Positions 26,560 to 34,970 of a DNA stretch of 64,000 nt are shown here, one piece after another (the stretch's first letter is position 1; the number at the start of each line of letters is the position of its first letter). Source of the DNA: Candidatus Saccharimonadales bacterium (GTDB taxonomy: Bacteria; Patescibacteriota; Saccharimonadia; Saccharimonadales; EFPC-124); contig DATIBO010000006.1 of assembly GCA_035457485.1 (NCBI GenBank), forward strand, positions 498,659 to 562,658, in the 5' to 3' direction. The notes under the pieces are model-generated. The model had not been told where the DNA came from. It did not search any database and saw only the letters and a program-made list of their open reading frames with translations. A program made the translations under genes and the position numbers.

Positions 26560-27529
26560 AACTAATAACGTTATTAAGAACGTTCTATATACGATCTTAA
26601 TTTGTTTGAGCTTCTATAGTGCATGGTGGATTTTTACTCACGGCCAACAGTGGGTGGATTTTTGGCGTTATCGGTTTTACTCTCCGCCTGCCGAGGTGGT
26701 CGCGATTGCTGATAAGGTCGAAATGACAGACGAGGCGCGTTATATATTTTATGTCTCTGATCCGGCAGTTGAGACTGCTGACGATTTTAACTCACATTGT
26801 TCCGGTCTAGAAGGCGAGCAGACGGCTGTTTTGGGCTGCTATAGGTTGCAAAAAATATTCCTATATGATGTTACTGATCCGCGACTTTACGGAATTAAAG
26901 AGGTAACAGCAGCACATGAAATGCTGCATGCGGTTTATGAACGCTTGCCGCTAGACGAAAAGCTGCAAGTAAATAAGTTAATCCAGGAGGAATTGCCAAA
27001 AATTCAGGATGAGCACGTTAAAGAACTCGCTGAACTTTACGGGAAAGACGGTCTGGACGTTTTGTGGAACGAAATGCATTCGGTTTTAGGCAGTGAGTTT
27101 AGATCACTTTCGCCCGAACTCGAACAACACTATGCTAAATACTTTAAGGATCGCAGCAAAGTAGTTACCTTGTCAGAATCTTATCAATCTGTATTTAAGG
27201 CATCTAAGGCGCGTTTGAGTGATTATGATCGGCAGTTGAATGACATTAAAGTTGCGATTGATGCCGATTATGCTGAAATTGATAGCCGCATCAATACTAT
27301 CAACGCAGAATCAAGCAGGCTGAATAATTTACGAGCTACTGATCCTGAAGCTTACAATTTAGCAGTTCCTAGCTATAATGCTTTGGTCCAGGGATATAAC
27401 GCCCTGGTTGTTGAAACGCGCGGTTTGATTGATAGATATAATGCTTTGGTCGAAGCGCGTAATAGCGAAGCAGCGACGCAAAATAGCTTGTATAACAGTT
27501 TGAATAGTCATTACGAGCCGATTCAATAA
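26501..27529 (+). CDS. TM-anchored protein with HExxH motif (putative zinc metallopeptidase)
   Basis: 342 aa with a TM helix (LYTILICLSFYSAWWIF) and AAHEMLHAVYE. The ATG start overlaps the clpC 3' end by 59 nt, so the start is uncertain. Confidence 0.5.
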   Translation: MSLPLQQNEESSVLPESESKTNNVIKNVLYTILICLSFYSAWWIFTHGQQWVDFWRYRFYSPPAEVVAIADKVEMTDEARYIFYVSDPAVETADDFNSHCSGLEGEQTAVLGCYRLQKIFLYDVTDPRLYGIKEVTAAHEMLHAVYERLPLDEKLQVNKLIQEELPKIQDEHVKELAELYGKDGLDVLWNEMHSVLGSEFRSLSPELEQHYAKYFKDRSKVVTLSESYQSVFKASKARLSDYDRQLNDIKVAIDADYAEIDSRINTINAESSRLNNLRATDPEAYNLAVPSYNALVQGYNALVVETRGLIDRYNALVEARNSEAATQNSLYNSLNSHYEPIQ

Positions 27530-27543
27530 GTTTATTGTTGTTC

Positions 27544-27576
27544 GGGGGCTGTAGCGTCATCTCTGCTACAGCCCCC
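27544..27576. terminator. 12-bp GC hairpin between convergent genes (cassette 5 end)
   Basis: GGGGGCTGTAGC-gtcatctct-GCTACAGCCCCC. Confidence 0.5.
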
Positions 27577-27598
27577 GTGCACCTTGTGGGCGGTCAGC

Positions 27599-28522
27599 TC
27601 ACAGCGCGTTTCGCATCTCCAGGAACTTGGCGACGAGCTTGTCCGCCAGGCTCGGGTGCCAGTTGTTACTGTTGAGCAGCGCGAGTGTCATCGCCACTTC
27701 GGTCAGCGAGTTGCTGCTCAGTGCGCGGACGGCCGCCAGTCGAGCTTCGGCGTAGGACTCGATCGGACTCTCCCAGTTGAAGTCGCTCTGCTGGGTGTGC
27801 TTGACGTGCCGGGCGACCAGGTCGTTCCATCCCTCGGGCCGTGGCAGTTCGGTGACGCGCGCCGGGAAGAACTCCCCGACATTTCTGCCACCGATCCCCA
27901 TCCGCCGGTAGGCGAGGTAGCGCTCGATGTTTCGCACCAGGTTGAACAGCTCGAGGAAGGTCTCGCTGTCAGCCTCGTTGATGCCTTCGAGCAACTCGTC
28001 GTACCGGAACTTGAGGGCCAGGTTGAGGGTGGTATCGAGCCAGTCGTGCGGCAGCTGGTAGCACTCGAGCAGGATCACGGTAGCCTCGCTGAGGCCAGTG
28101 TAGGTCCAGCCCGTCCGCCTCGCCAGTTCGATCAGCTTCAGAACGCTGGCGAGGGATTCCTTCGCCGTTCCCGGGTTGGCCTGCCATTGCGCCAGGAGAT
28201 CGCCGAACTGCTGCATCACCTCATCGGCCTTCTGCATGGCCTTGTAGTGATCCTGGAGCGTGTAGTACTTCGAGAGATCGGTCGGCTTGGCCACATGCGC
28301 AATGCCGTACCACGCCGACGGGTTGTCGAACAGGTCGCTCATCGCGCCCCGGTCGTCCGACTCAGCTCGCCCGATCAGCCGCAGGAACTCGGCCAGTCGC
28401 TCAGCCGTCTCAGCCTGTGAAGCTGCCCTGGTCTGAGCGATCGTCTTGTTCCTCTTGCTGAGCGCGAACATTGCCGCAACGAACACGGCAACAAGTAGCA
28501 GTGCTACTAAGACCCAAACCAT
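27599..28522 (-). CDS. hypothetical N-terminally TM-anchored all-helical protein (307 aa)
   Basis: MVWVLVALLLVAVFVAAMFAL... followed by about 280 aa of soluble sequence. The start is set at the ATG preceded by GAGGTGG; the 85 upstream codons of track ORF 27599-28777 lie in AT-rich native DNA and overlap radA. Confidence 0.55.
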   Translation of the reverse strand: MVWVLVALLLVAVFVAAMFALSKRNKTIAQTRAASQAETAERLAEFLRLIGRAESDDRGAMSDLFDNPSAWYGIAHVAKPTDLSKYYTLQDHYKAMQKADEVMQQFGDLLAQWQANPGTAKESLASVLKLIELARRTGWTYTGLSEATVILLECYQLPHDWLDTTLNLALKFRYDELLEGINEADSETFLELFNLVRNIERYLAYRRMGIGGRNVGEFFPARVTELPRPEGWNDLVARHVKHTQQSDFNWESPIESYAEARLAAVRALSSNSLTEVAMTLALLNSNNWHPSLADKLVAKFLEMRNAL

Positions 28523-28556
28523 TGGGTCCACCTCACTTTCGCTTGGGTGCTTGCAA

Positions 28557-28585
28557 ATTATATAATAAGTTAAACACATTGCCAA
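28557..28585 (-). promoter_or_regulatory. promoter TTGGCA-17-TATAAT reading into cassette 5
   Basis: The -35 box is at 28580-28585 and the -10 box at 28557-28562 on the minus strand, in AT-rich DNA shared with the divergent radA promoter region. Confidence 0.4.
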
Positions 28586-28605
28586 ATTTTGATACAATAA
28601 ATTTA

Positions 28606-29955
28606 ATGCCGAAAAAACCCACAAGTCAGTACGTCTGCCAGCAATGCTCCGCCATAAGGACAAAATGGGCGGGGCGTTGCGATAGCTGTGGAGCGTGGAA
28701 TAGTTTAGTTGAGCAGCCAGTCGAACCAACGGGTGCAAGTGCGGTTGCCAGTAGTCATGGAAAGGCCCTGCAACCAAGTAGCATTACAAAGGTTGAGGCT
28801 AGCGATCAGGCTGGTCGAATTACGTCTGGGATTCCAGATGTGGACTCAGTTCTGGGCGGTGGAATTGTGCCTGCAAGTGTTATGCTGATTGCCGGGCAGC
28901 CGGGTATAGGTAAGTCTACGCTATTAATGCAGTTGGCACATAAGGTTTCGCTTGACCGCAAAATTTTGTATATAAGCGGCGAGGAATCTACTGGCCAAGT
29001 TAAGGTTCGCGCCACAAGGCTAGGCGCCGAGCACGAGAATTTGCATTTGGCGTCGTCTACTTCGGCCGATGACATAGCTGCGACAATCAAACAAGGCAGT
29101 TACCGGGTTGTTATTGTTGACTCCATCCAGACTTTGGCCATGCAAAGTTTAAGTTCGGCCCCCGGAAGCGTTGGTCAAATAACCAATTCGTCTAACTTGT
29201 TGACTCAGGCCGCCAAGGCCAGCAATACCGCGCTTATTTTGGTCGGGCATGTTACAAAAGAGGGGAGTATTGCAGGGCCAAAAGTTCTAGAGCACATGGT
29301 AGACGTGGTCTTGAATCTAGAAGGTGATAGATATGGAGGTTTTAAGGTACTACGCGCGATCAAAAATCGTTACGGCTCCACAAACGAGGCGGCGATATTT
29401 GAAATGGATGACAGTGGTCTAGTCCCAGTCGCCAACCCGTCCGCCGCGCTCTTGGCAGAGCGTGTAAATAGTGATGGCTCGGTCGTTTTGGCGACGCTTG
29501 AAGGCAACCGACCCCTGTTGGTCGAGATTCAAGCTCTTGTAAATAAGACAAATTTCGGGTATCCTAAGCGTGCGGCCTCGGGCTTTGATGTTAATAGACT
29601 TAGCTTGTTGGTTGCTGTGCTGGAGAGACGCACAAAATTGCAATTATCGGATTGCGACATTTATATAAATGTTGTTGGTGGAATAAAACTCCAGGATCCT
29701 GCCGCTGACCTTGCTGTTTGTATGGCGATTGCATCCGCCGCCAAAGAAATGGCACTAAGCGACGATACTGTTGTTTTTGGTGAAGTAGGCTTAAGCGGTG
29801 AAGTACGTAGTGCTCCGCAGGCCGAAAAGCGAATCGCCGAAGCTAAAAAACTTGGTTTTAAAACTGCAATTGCTCCAAGGGGTAAACAGAATAAATTTAT
29901 TAGTCCTGTGGGTTCAATGCGCGATGCTTTGAATGCACATCTAAAAAGAAAGTAG
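28606..29955 (+). CDS. radA: DNA repair protein RadA
   Basis: N-terminal C4 zinc ribbon (CQQCSAIRTKWAGRCDSCGAWN), Walker A GQPGIGKST, and a Lon-like C-terminal domain. The start is moved to ATG 28606, 7 nt after TGATACAAT (28590-28598). Confidence 0.9.
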   Translation: MPKKPTSQYVCQQCSAIRTKWAGRCDSCGAWNSLVEQPVEPTGASAVASSHGKALQPSSITKVEASDQAGRITSGIPDVDSVLGGGIVPASVMLIAGQPGIGKSTLLMQLAHKVSLDRKILYISGEESTGQVKVRATRLGAEHENLHLASSTSADDIAATIKQGSYRVVIVDSIQTLAMQSLSSAPGSVGQITNSSNLLTQAAKASNTALILVGHVTKEGSIAGPKVLEHMVDVVLNLEGDRYGGFKVLRAIKNRYGSTNEAAIFEMDDSGLVPVANPSAALLAERVNSDGSVVLATLEGNRPLLVEIQALVNKTNFGYPKRAASGFDVNRLSLLVAVLERRTKLQLSDCDIYINVVGGIKLQDPAADLAVCMAIASAAKEMALSDDTVVFGEVGLSGEVRSAPQAEKRIAEAKKLGFKTAIAPRGKQNKFISPVGSMRDALNAHLKRK

Positions 29956-29967
29956 TAAACTAAACTT

Positions 29968-30798
29968 ATGATTTCATTTAAAAAACGTGACAAGCAAAAG
30001 AACGTGTCGCTTATTTTAGACACATCGGGAATTATAGATGGCCGAATTATCGCTATTGCTAAGGCTGGTTTTGCACCACAAACAATTGTAGTGCCACAGT
30101 TCGTGGTAGCCGAGCTTCAACATTTAGCAGATACTGGCGACAGCCAAAAACGTGAGCGAGCGCGTTTTGGCCTTGATGTAATTCGCGAACTACAGGATCT
30201 GCGACGAGTAGAAGTTGTAGTTGCGCGCGAAAAATTTAAAAACATTAAAGAAGTCGACGATAAGCTTATTGCGCTCGCTAAAGAACATGGCGCGCTGCTT
30301 TATACTACCGATTACAACTTAAATAAAGTTGCCCAGATAGAGGGGATTACTGTACTAAATGTTAATGAGTTAGCTCAAGCTCTTAGACCGCCTCGCCTAC
30401 CGGGTGAGCAGGTTGAACTCAAAATTACTCAGCTCGGACAAGATAAAACCCAAGGCGTTGGATATTTAGATGACGGTACGATGGTTGTAGTAGAGAACGC
30501 AGGTAAAATGGTCGGTCAAAAAGTGCGTGTGCAGTTTAGCCGAATTTTGCAAACACAAGCTGGTAAAATGATGTTTGCTATTAAGCAAGATGGGGAACGT
30601 GTCGATGGTCACGTAAAGCACGAACAGCGTGATTTTAAACGTAATCAGCCACAAAGTAACCGTCAAAAGCCAGTTAATAAGCATCCGCAGTCGAATCAAA
30701 GCTGGCATTCGCATAGTCAGCAGAGCAATAAGCAAGGCAATAAACGACGTCCGTCGCCGGAAGATAGTCTACTTGCGGCTATCGATCGCCAGGACTAA
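29968..30798 (+). CDS. PIN and TRAM domain protein (YacL-like)
   Basis: A PIN acidic-residue pattern (ILDTSGIIDGRI...TTDYNL) followed by a TRAM barrel (GQKVRVQFSRILQTQAG) and a Q/N/K-rich tail. Confidence 0.75.
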   Translation: MISFKKRDKQKNVSLILDTSGIIDGRIIAIAKAGFAPQTIVVPQFVVAELQHLADTGDSQKRERARFGLDVIRELQDLRRVEVVVAREKFKNIKEVDDKLIALAKEHGALLYTTDYNLNKVAQIEGITVLNVNELAQALRPPRLPGEQVELKITQLGQDKTQGVGYLDDGTMVVVENAGKMVGQKVRVQFSRILQTQAGKMMFAIKQDGERVDGHVKHEQRDFKRNQPQSNRQKPVNKHPQSNQSWHSHSQQSNKQGNKRRPSPEDSLLAAIDRQD

Positions 30799-30805
30799 CC
30801 ACACA

Positions 30806-30833
30806 AAAACACTCGGTAAAAGCCGAGTGTTTT
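30806..30833. terminator. bidirectional rho-independent terminator
   Basis: AAAACACTCGG-taaaag-CCGAGTGTTTT with A/T tracts on both sides, between convergent genes. Confidence 0.55.
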
Positions 30834-30853
30834 ATTTTTAACGGGTGGACTAC

Positions 30854-33571
30854 CTACCCGCGTCTGCGACCTAGCGGCAGGGTTGGCGTGCTACCGCTGG
30901 TCGTCGTCGCAACATTCAGAGACTTGGTTGACGAACCGTCGTACTTGGCGGTGTCATACACTGTTACCGTAATAGACTTGCTACCTGATGATGTGAAAGT
31001 GTGTTCAGTCGAGTAGCTGCCCGGAGCGCTGATAGACTGGCTGTTGATTAGCTGATCGTCTACTTTAACCTCGTAAAAGCTTAGCGGGTGAGTACCTTGA
31101 GTTATTGTGGCCGTGATCTTGAATTTTTTATCTGCAGGATTTCCCACAGGATCAGTGGTTATTGTTACCGAAGGTTTTACGTCATCACATTTATGAACGT
31201 CATCATCAGCATTTGGATCGTATCCGTCGGGTGCACGCTTTTCCGATTTTCCAGTAAGTGGGTTGTCAAAGGTTGTTACGGTAATCTCGTACTTAGCTCG
31301 TTCAGGAGTACAGTTTGTGGCCTTCTTTTTGCTTACTGTATCAAACATTACTTTTTCACCGTCGGCGTTCTTTGGCTTACTGTACCAAGAAGGGAATAGG
31401 TCGTTAGTTCCATTGACATTCACATTTTGCACGCCACTTGGTCGAGTAAACCAGTCACCCTCTTTCCATGTTCCATCGGCTGCAAAAACTTCCTTATGAG
31501 CACGGCTCATTAAATCGTTAATCACACGACCGGTTCCTTGGTTGGACGCGACTAGTCCGTTCCAGGACCCGTCGTGTCGACCAACCCAAACTCCAGCTGC
31601 CATTCTTGGAGAGTAGCTCATCATCCAACTGTCTTTTGCATTGTCGGTTGTGCCAGTTTTAGTAGCAGTTTTTACTCCACTAATCACGGCTCCGCGGCCC
31701 GGCGTGTTTAAGCTGCCAAGCGCTGGATTGCGGGCACCTGGATCGCTCAAGATATCGCTGATTATGTAGGTTATTTGTGGATCAAGGACATTTTCTGACT
31801 CGTCTTTCCACTGTTTTATAACTTGGCCTTGCGAGTTTTTAACCTCCAAGATGTAAGCTACTGGCTTGTACACACCCTGACGAGCTAGCGTCGCATAAGA
31901 GTTGGCGTGCTCAACAGGGGATACGCTACATCCACCACCAATGGCCGAGGATAGAGTAAAGCTTGCAGCTCCCTCACAATAAGACTTATCACCTGCGCTA
32001 CGTGCTGTTTCGATTGCGGAATCTGGTCCAGTTATCATCATGGCTTCGACCGCAGGGGGGTTGCGTGAGTTGCCAAGTGCTTTACGCACCGACATCGTAC
32101 CTTGGTAGCCATTATCAAAGTTGGCCAAGTGACAAGGTGCGGGCGTGCCTAAGCAGTAGTAGCGATCAATATTTTCATCAAGTAATTGTGATCCGGCGCC
32201 ATAATTTACGCCTTCTCGCTGCTTAAACAAGTTAGAGTAAATAAATGGTTTAATACTCGAACCTGGCTCTAGTGTAGAAGTTGCGGCGTTCTTTTGCCCA
32301 TAGCCAGGAATGTTAAAGCCCAAGCTTCCAACCATAGAAAGTACCTGACCAGTAGGAACATCAACAGATGTCACGGCCGTGTTGTCTGAACCATTTCCGC
32401 GGATGTACTGTTCGTTATCTATTACGGCTTGTTCGGCGATCTGTTGGATTCGGTAATCCAAAGTAGTTTTTACGGTTAACCCGCCTTCGCGTACTAATTT
32501 TTTGCCAAACTCGGCTTCCAGTGATTCGCGAGCTGCAAGTACAAAGTGCGGAGCCTTAATATTTTCGGTTGCAGCAATTTCTGGCTTAACGGTATCGAGG
32601 ATTGCAAAAGCTTTGGCTTCGGTTGCTTGATCCTGAGTAATGTATCCTTGCTCAACCATTTGATCGATTACGTACTGCTGGCGTTCTATCAAATCGCTAG
32701 CACCGTCGGGTGTTAAGGTGTACGGGTCGTAATAACTTGGGTTTTGCGGAATAGATGCAAGCAAAGCAGCCTCGGCAATGTTTAAGTCTTTGGCGCTTTT
32801 ACCAAAATAAGTTTGGGCAGCGGACTCTACGCCGTTACGACGTCCACCGTAGGGAACCTCGTTTAGATAGAGAGTCAAGATCTGGTCTTTGTTGTACATT
32901 CGCTCAACTTCAAGGGCTAAGATTGCTTCTTTAATCTTTCGCGAGATACTCAAACGGTTCTGCTCTGATTCTTCCTGAAAAAAGATCTGCTTAATAAGCT
33001 GTTGGGTCAACGTAGACGCGCCTTGCGTATTGCCGCTGCCAAACAAGTTGTTAATACCGGCTCTAACAATACCCGTAAAACTTACGCCCGGATGGTTGTA
33101 AAAATCTTTATCTTCAATAGAAACAGTGGCATCTTTCATTACCTGAGCGATCTCACTGCCTTCGACTACTACTTTGTAGTTACCTTCCCCCTTGTCTTCC
33201 CAAAGCAAAACGTCGTTGCGGTCGTAATATTTAGTTACCGTACTTTGCACGCGACTCGCAATTTCATCTGGGCGAATTGTGTCTAGCTCTTTACGGTAGT
33301 AAGCAAAAAGTGCAGCCACAAAAATAGCCAAAATAACAGCACCAACAGCTAAAAGCTTTAAAAAGGTTTTTAAGCCTTCGCGACTAAACCAAAATCGAGC
33401 AAGCTCTTTAGGTCGTAGTCTGTATAGGAACCTTTTAACTGGGTTTTTTGGAAGCGACGCCAAATATTCGGCTTTTCGCCTAGAACGCGCGTCACGCTTG
33501 TTCTTGTGTCGCGCAACTAAATTACTGTAAACATTTAAAGCACTGGCTTTACGATTAGGTTTCTTGCTCAT
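30854..33571 (-). CDS. bifunctional penicillin-binding protein 1A (glycosyltransferase/transpeptidase) with C-terminal extension
   Basis: GT51 motifs (EDKDFYNHPG, GASTLTQQL, RKIKE), transpeptidase motifs SxxK (SSIKP) and KTGT, and a signal-anchor N-terminus. Confidence 0.9.
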   Translation of the reverse strand: MSKKPNRKASALNVYSNLVARHKNKRDARSRRKAEYLASLPKNPVKRFLYRLRPKELARFWFSREGLKTFLKLLAVGAVILAIFVAALFAYYRKELDTIRPDEIASRVQSTVTKYYDRNDVLLWEDKGEGNYKVVVEGSEIAQVMKDATVSIEDKDFYNHPGVSFTGIVRAGINNLFGSGNTQGASTLTQQLIKQIFFQEESEQNRLSISRKIKEAILALEVERMYNKDQILTLYLNEVPYGGRRNGVESAAQTYFGKSAKDLNIAEAALLASIPQNPSYYDPYTLTPDGASDLIERQQYVIDQMVEQGYITQDQATEAKAFAILDTVKPEIAATENIKAPHFVLAARESLEAEFGKKLVREGGLTVKTTLDYRIQQIAEQAVIDNEQYIRGNGSDNTAVTSVDVPTGQVLSMVGSLGFNIPGYGQKNAATSTLEPGSSIKPFIYSNLFKQREGVNYGAGSQLLDENIDRYYCLGTPAPCHLANFDNGYQGTMSVRKALGNSRNPPAVEAMMITGPDSAIETARSAGDKSYCEGAASFTLSSAIGGGCSVSPVEHANSYATLARQGVYKPVAYILEVKNSQGQVIKQWKDESENVLDPQITYIISDILSDPGARNPALGSLNTPGRGAVISGVKTATKTGTTDNAKDSWMMSYSPRMAAGVWVGRHDGSWNGLVASNQGTGRVINDLMSRAHKEVFAADGTWKEGDWFTRPSGVQNVNVNGTNDLFPSWYSKPKNADGEKVMFDTVSKKKATNCTPERAKYEITVTTFDNPLTGKSEKRAPDGYDPNADDDVHKCDDVKPSVTITTDPVGNPADKKFKITATITQGTHPLSFYEVKVDDQLINSQSISAPGSYSTEHTFTSSGSKSITVTVYDTAKYDGSSTKSLNVATTTSGSTPTLPLGRRRG

Positions 33572-33755
33572 TTTTTCTCTCTTAAACTCCCTAAAAATAC
33601 CTGGGAAATCATATCCATTATAGCATAATCAGAGCCCATACAATATAATGGTTAACAGATGCCAACAGATAAGAATATTGCGCACAAACATACTGACTAC
33701 CTCTATAGAAGGTAGATGTTTTTTGCAACTTAAATTTATTTGGAGAGACTTAAAA

Positions 33756-34940
33756 ATGACCCTGTTAGAAGAACTCAAGTGGCGCGGTTTTATAAACCAG
33801 ACTACCTTTAAAGATCCATCTGTTTTAAACAAACAAAAATTTACATTTTACTTTGGCGTTGATCCAAGCGCGGATAGTATGCAGGTTGGTAATTTGGCAG
33901 CCGCTATGATGGTACGGCATTTTATTGATTACGGACATAAGGCGATTTTGCTTGTTGGTGGCGCAACTGGGATGATCGGGGATCCTGATGGCAAAGATGA
34001 AGAGCGTCAGCTGAAATCGCTCGAAGAAGTAGCAAAAAATAAAGCCGGAATTTCCGCTCAGTATAGAACTATTTTTAATGATAAAGAGTTTGATCTAGTA
34101 GATAATTACGACTGGTTTAAGGATCTGGGCTACTTAAACTTTTTGCGTGATATTGGCAAGCATTTTTCGATGACTCAGTTGCTCGATCGCGAGTTTATTA
34201 AAAGTCGAATTGGTAAAGGTGGTAAGGGTATAAGTTATGCTGAGTTTAGTTATTCGTTGATTCAGGGTTATGACTTTTTACATCTGTTTCGCAAAAAGGG
34301 TGCAACTTTGCAGCTTTGCGGCGCTGACCAGTGGGGCAATAGTATCACTGGTGTAGATCTAATTCGTAAGCTCGAAGGCGCCGAAGCTCACGTTTGGTCA
34401 ACCCCGTTGGTGATCAACAAGTCTACTGGCAAAAAATTTGGTAAGACCGAGGGTGGCGCAGTGTGGCTTGATCCTAAAAAAACTAGCATCTTCGACTTTT
34501 ACCAATTTTGGCTGAACGCCGATGACGAGGGTGTATTTGATTATTTAAAAGTGTTTACCCTTTTACCAAAAGATGAGATTTTGCACGTAATTGAGCAATT
34601 TAAGGCGGATAAACCTGGCCGTTTAGCTCAAAAGACTTTGGCGTACGAAGTCACGAAATTAGTCCACGGAGAGGCTGCAGCGATCGAGGCTAAAAAAGCC
34701 ACCGAAGATCTATTTAAAGGTGGTGAGAATGTGCCCACTGTTAGCGTCGAGACCGGCAGAATAAACGTAGCCGAACTTTTAATAAAGGCGAATTTGGCCA
34801 AAAGTAGGTCGGAGGCTCAACGGTTGTTGGCGCAAGGCGGCGTTAAGTTAAACCAGCAAAAAGTTGATCAAGATGAAATCACAATTGCCGAGGGTGATTT
34901 GTTGCAGGTGGGTAAACGACGCTTTGTTCGCATTAAGTAA
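33756..34940 (+). CDS. tyrS: tyrosine--tRNA ligase
   Basis: Class I motifs and KFGKT, plus a C-terminal S4 domain. The start is moved from 33648 to ATG 33756. Confidence 0.9.
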   Translation: MTLLEELKWRGFINQTTFKDPSVLNKQKFTFYFGVDPSADSMQVGNLAAAMMVRHFIDYGHKAILLVGGATGMIGDPDGKDEERQLKSLEEVAKNKAGISAQYRTIFNDKEFDLVDNYDWFKDLGYLNFLRDIGKHFSMTQLLDREFIKSRIGKGGKGISYAEFSYSLIQGYDFLHLFRKKGATLQLCGADQWGNSITGVDLIRKLEGAEAHVWSTPLVINKSTGKKFGKTEGGAVWLDPKKTSIFDFYQFWLNADDEGVFDYLKVFTLLPKDEILHVIEQFKADKPGRLAQKTLAYEVTKLVHGEAAAIEAKKATEDLFKGGENVPTVSVETGRINVAELLIKANLAKSRSEAQRLLAQGGVKLNQQKVDQDEITIAEGDLLQVGKRRFVRIK

Positions 34941-34970
34941 AATCCGGTCAAACAGTGCTATAGTTTTTGT

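Larger units (their letters stand above)
27544..28545 (-). other. GC-rich foreign-looking cassette 5
   Basis: Line 27901-27960 has 37/60 G+C. ORFs are open on both strands, as is typical of high-GC DNA. SD GTGAGGTGG lies upstream of ATG 28522. Confidence 0.7.

Noticed and set aside
27584-28420. 278-aa plus-strand ORF in cassette 5, and the 392-aa version (27599-28777) of the minus-strand ORF
   Set aside because: The plus-strand ORF is a shadow frame, Arg/Val/Gln-rich with no SD. The 85 extra N-terminal codons of the long minus-strand version lie in AT-rich native DNA, overlap the radA start region and precede the SD-ATG at 28522.
33572-33755. Possible T-box or attenuator leader upstream of tyrS (small hairpin CTACC..GGTAG followed by TTTTTT at about 33700-33730)
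   Set aside because: The leader is only about 100 nt, the stem is 5-6 bp, and there is no specifier-loop or T-box sequence. That is insufficient for a T-box call. The same holds for the 145-nt hisS upstream region, which is explained by the arginase terminator.
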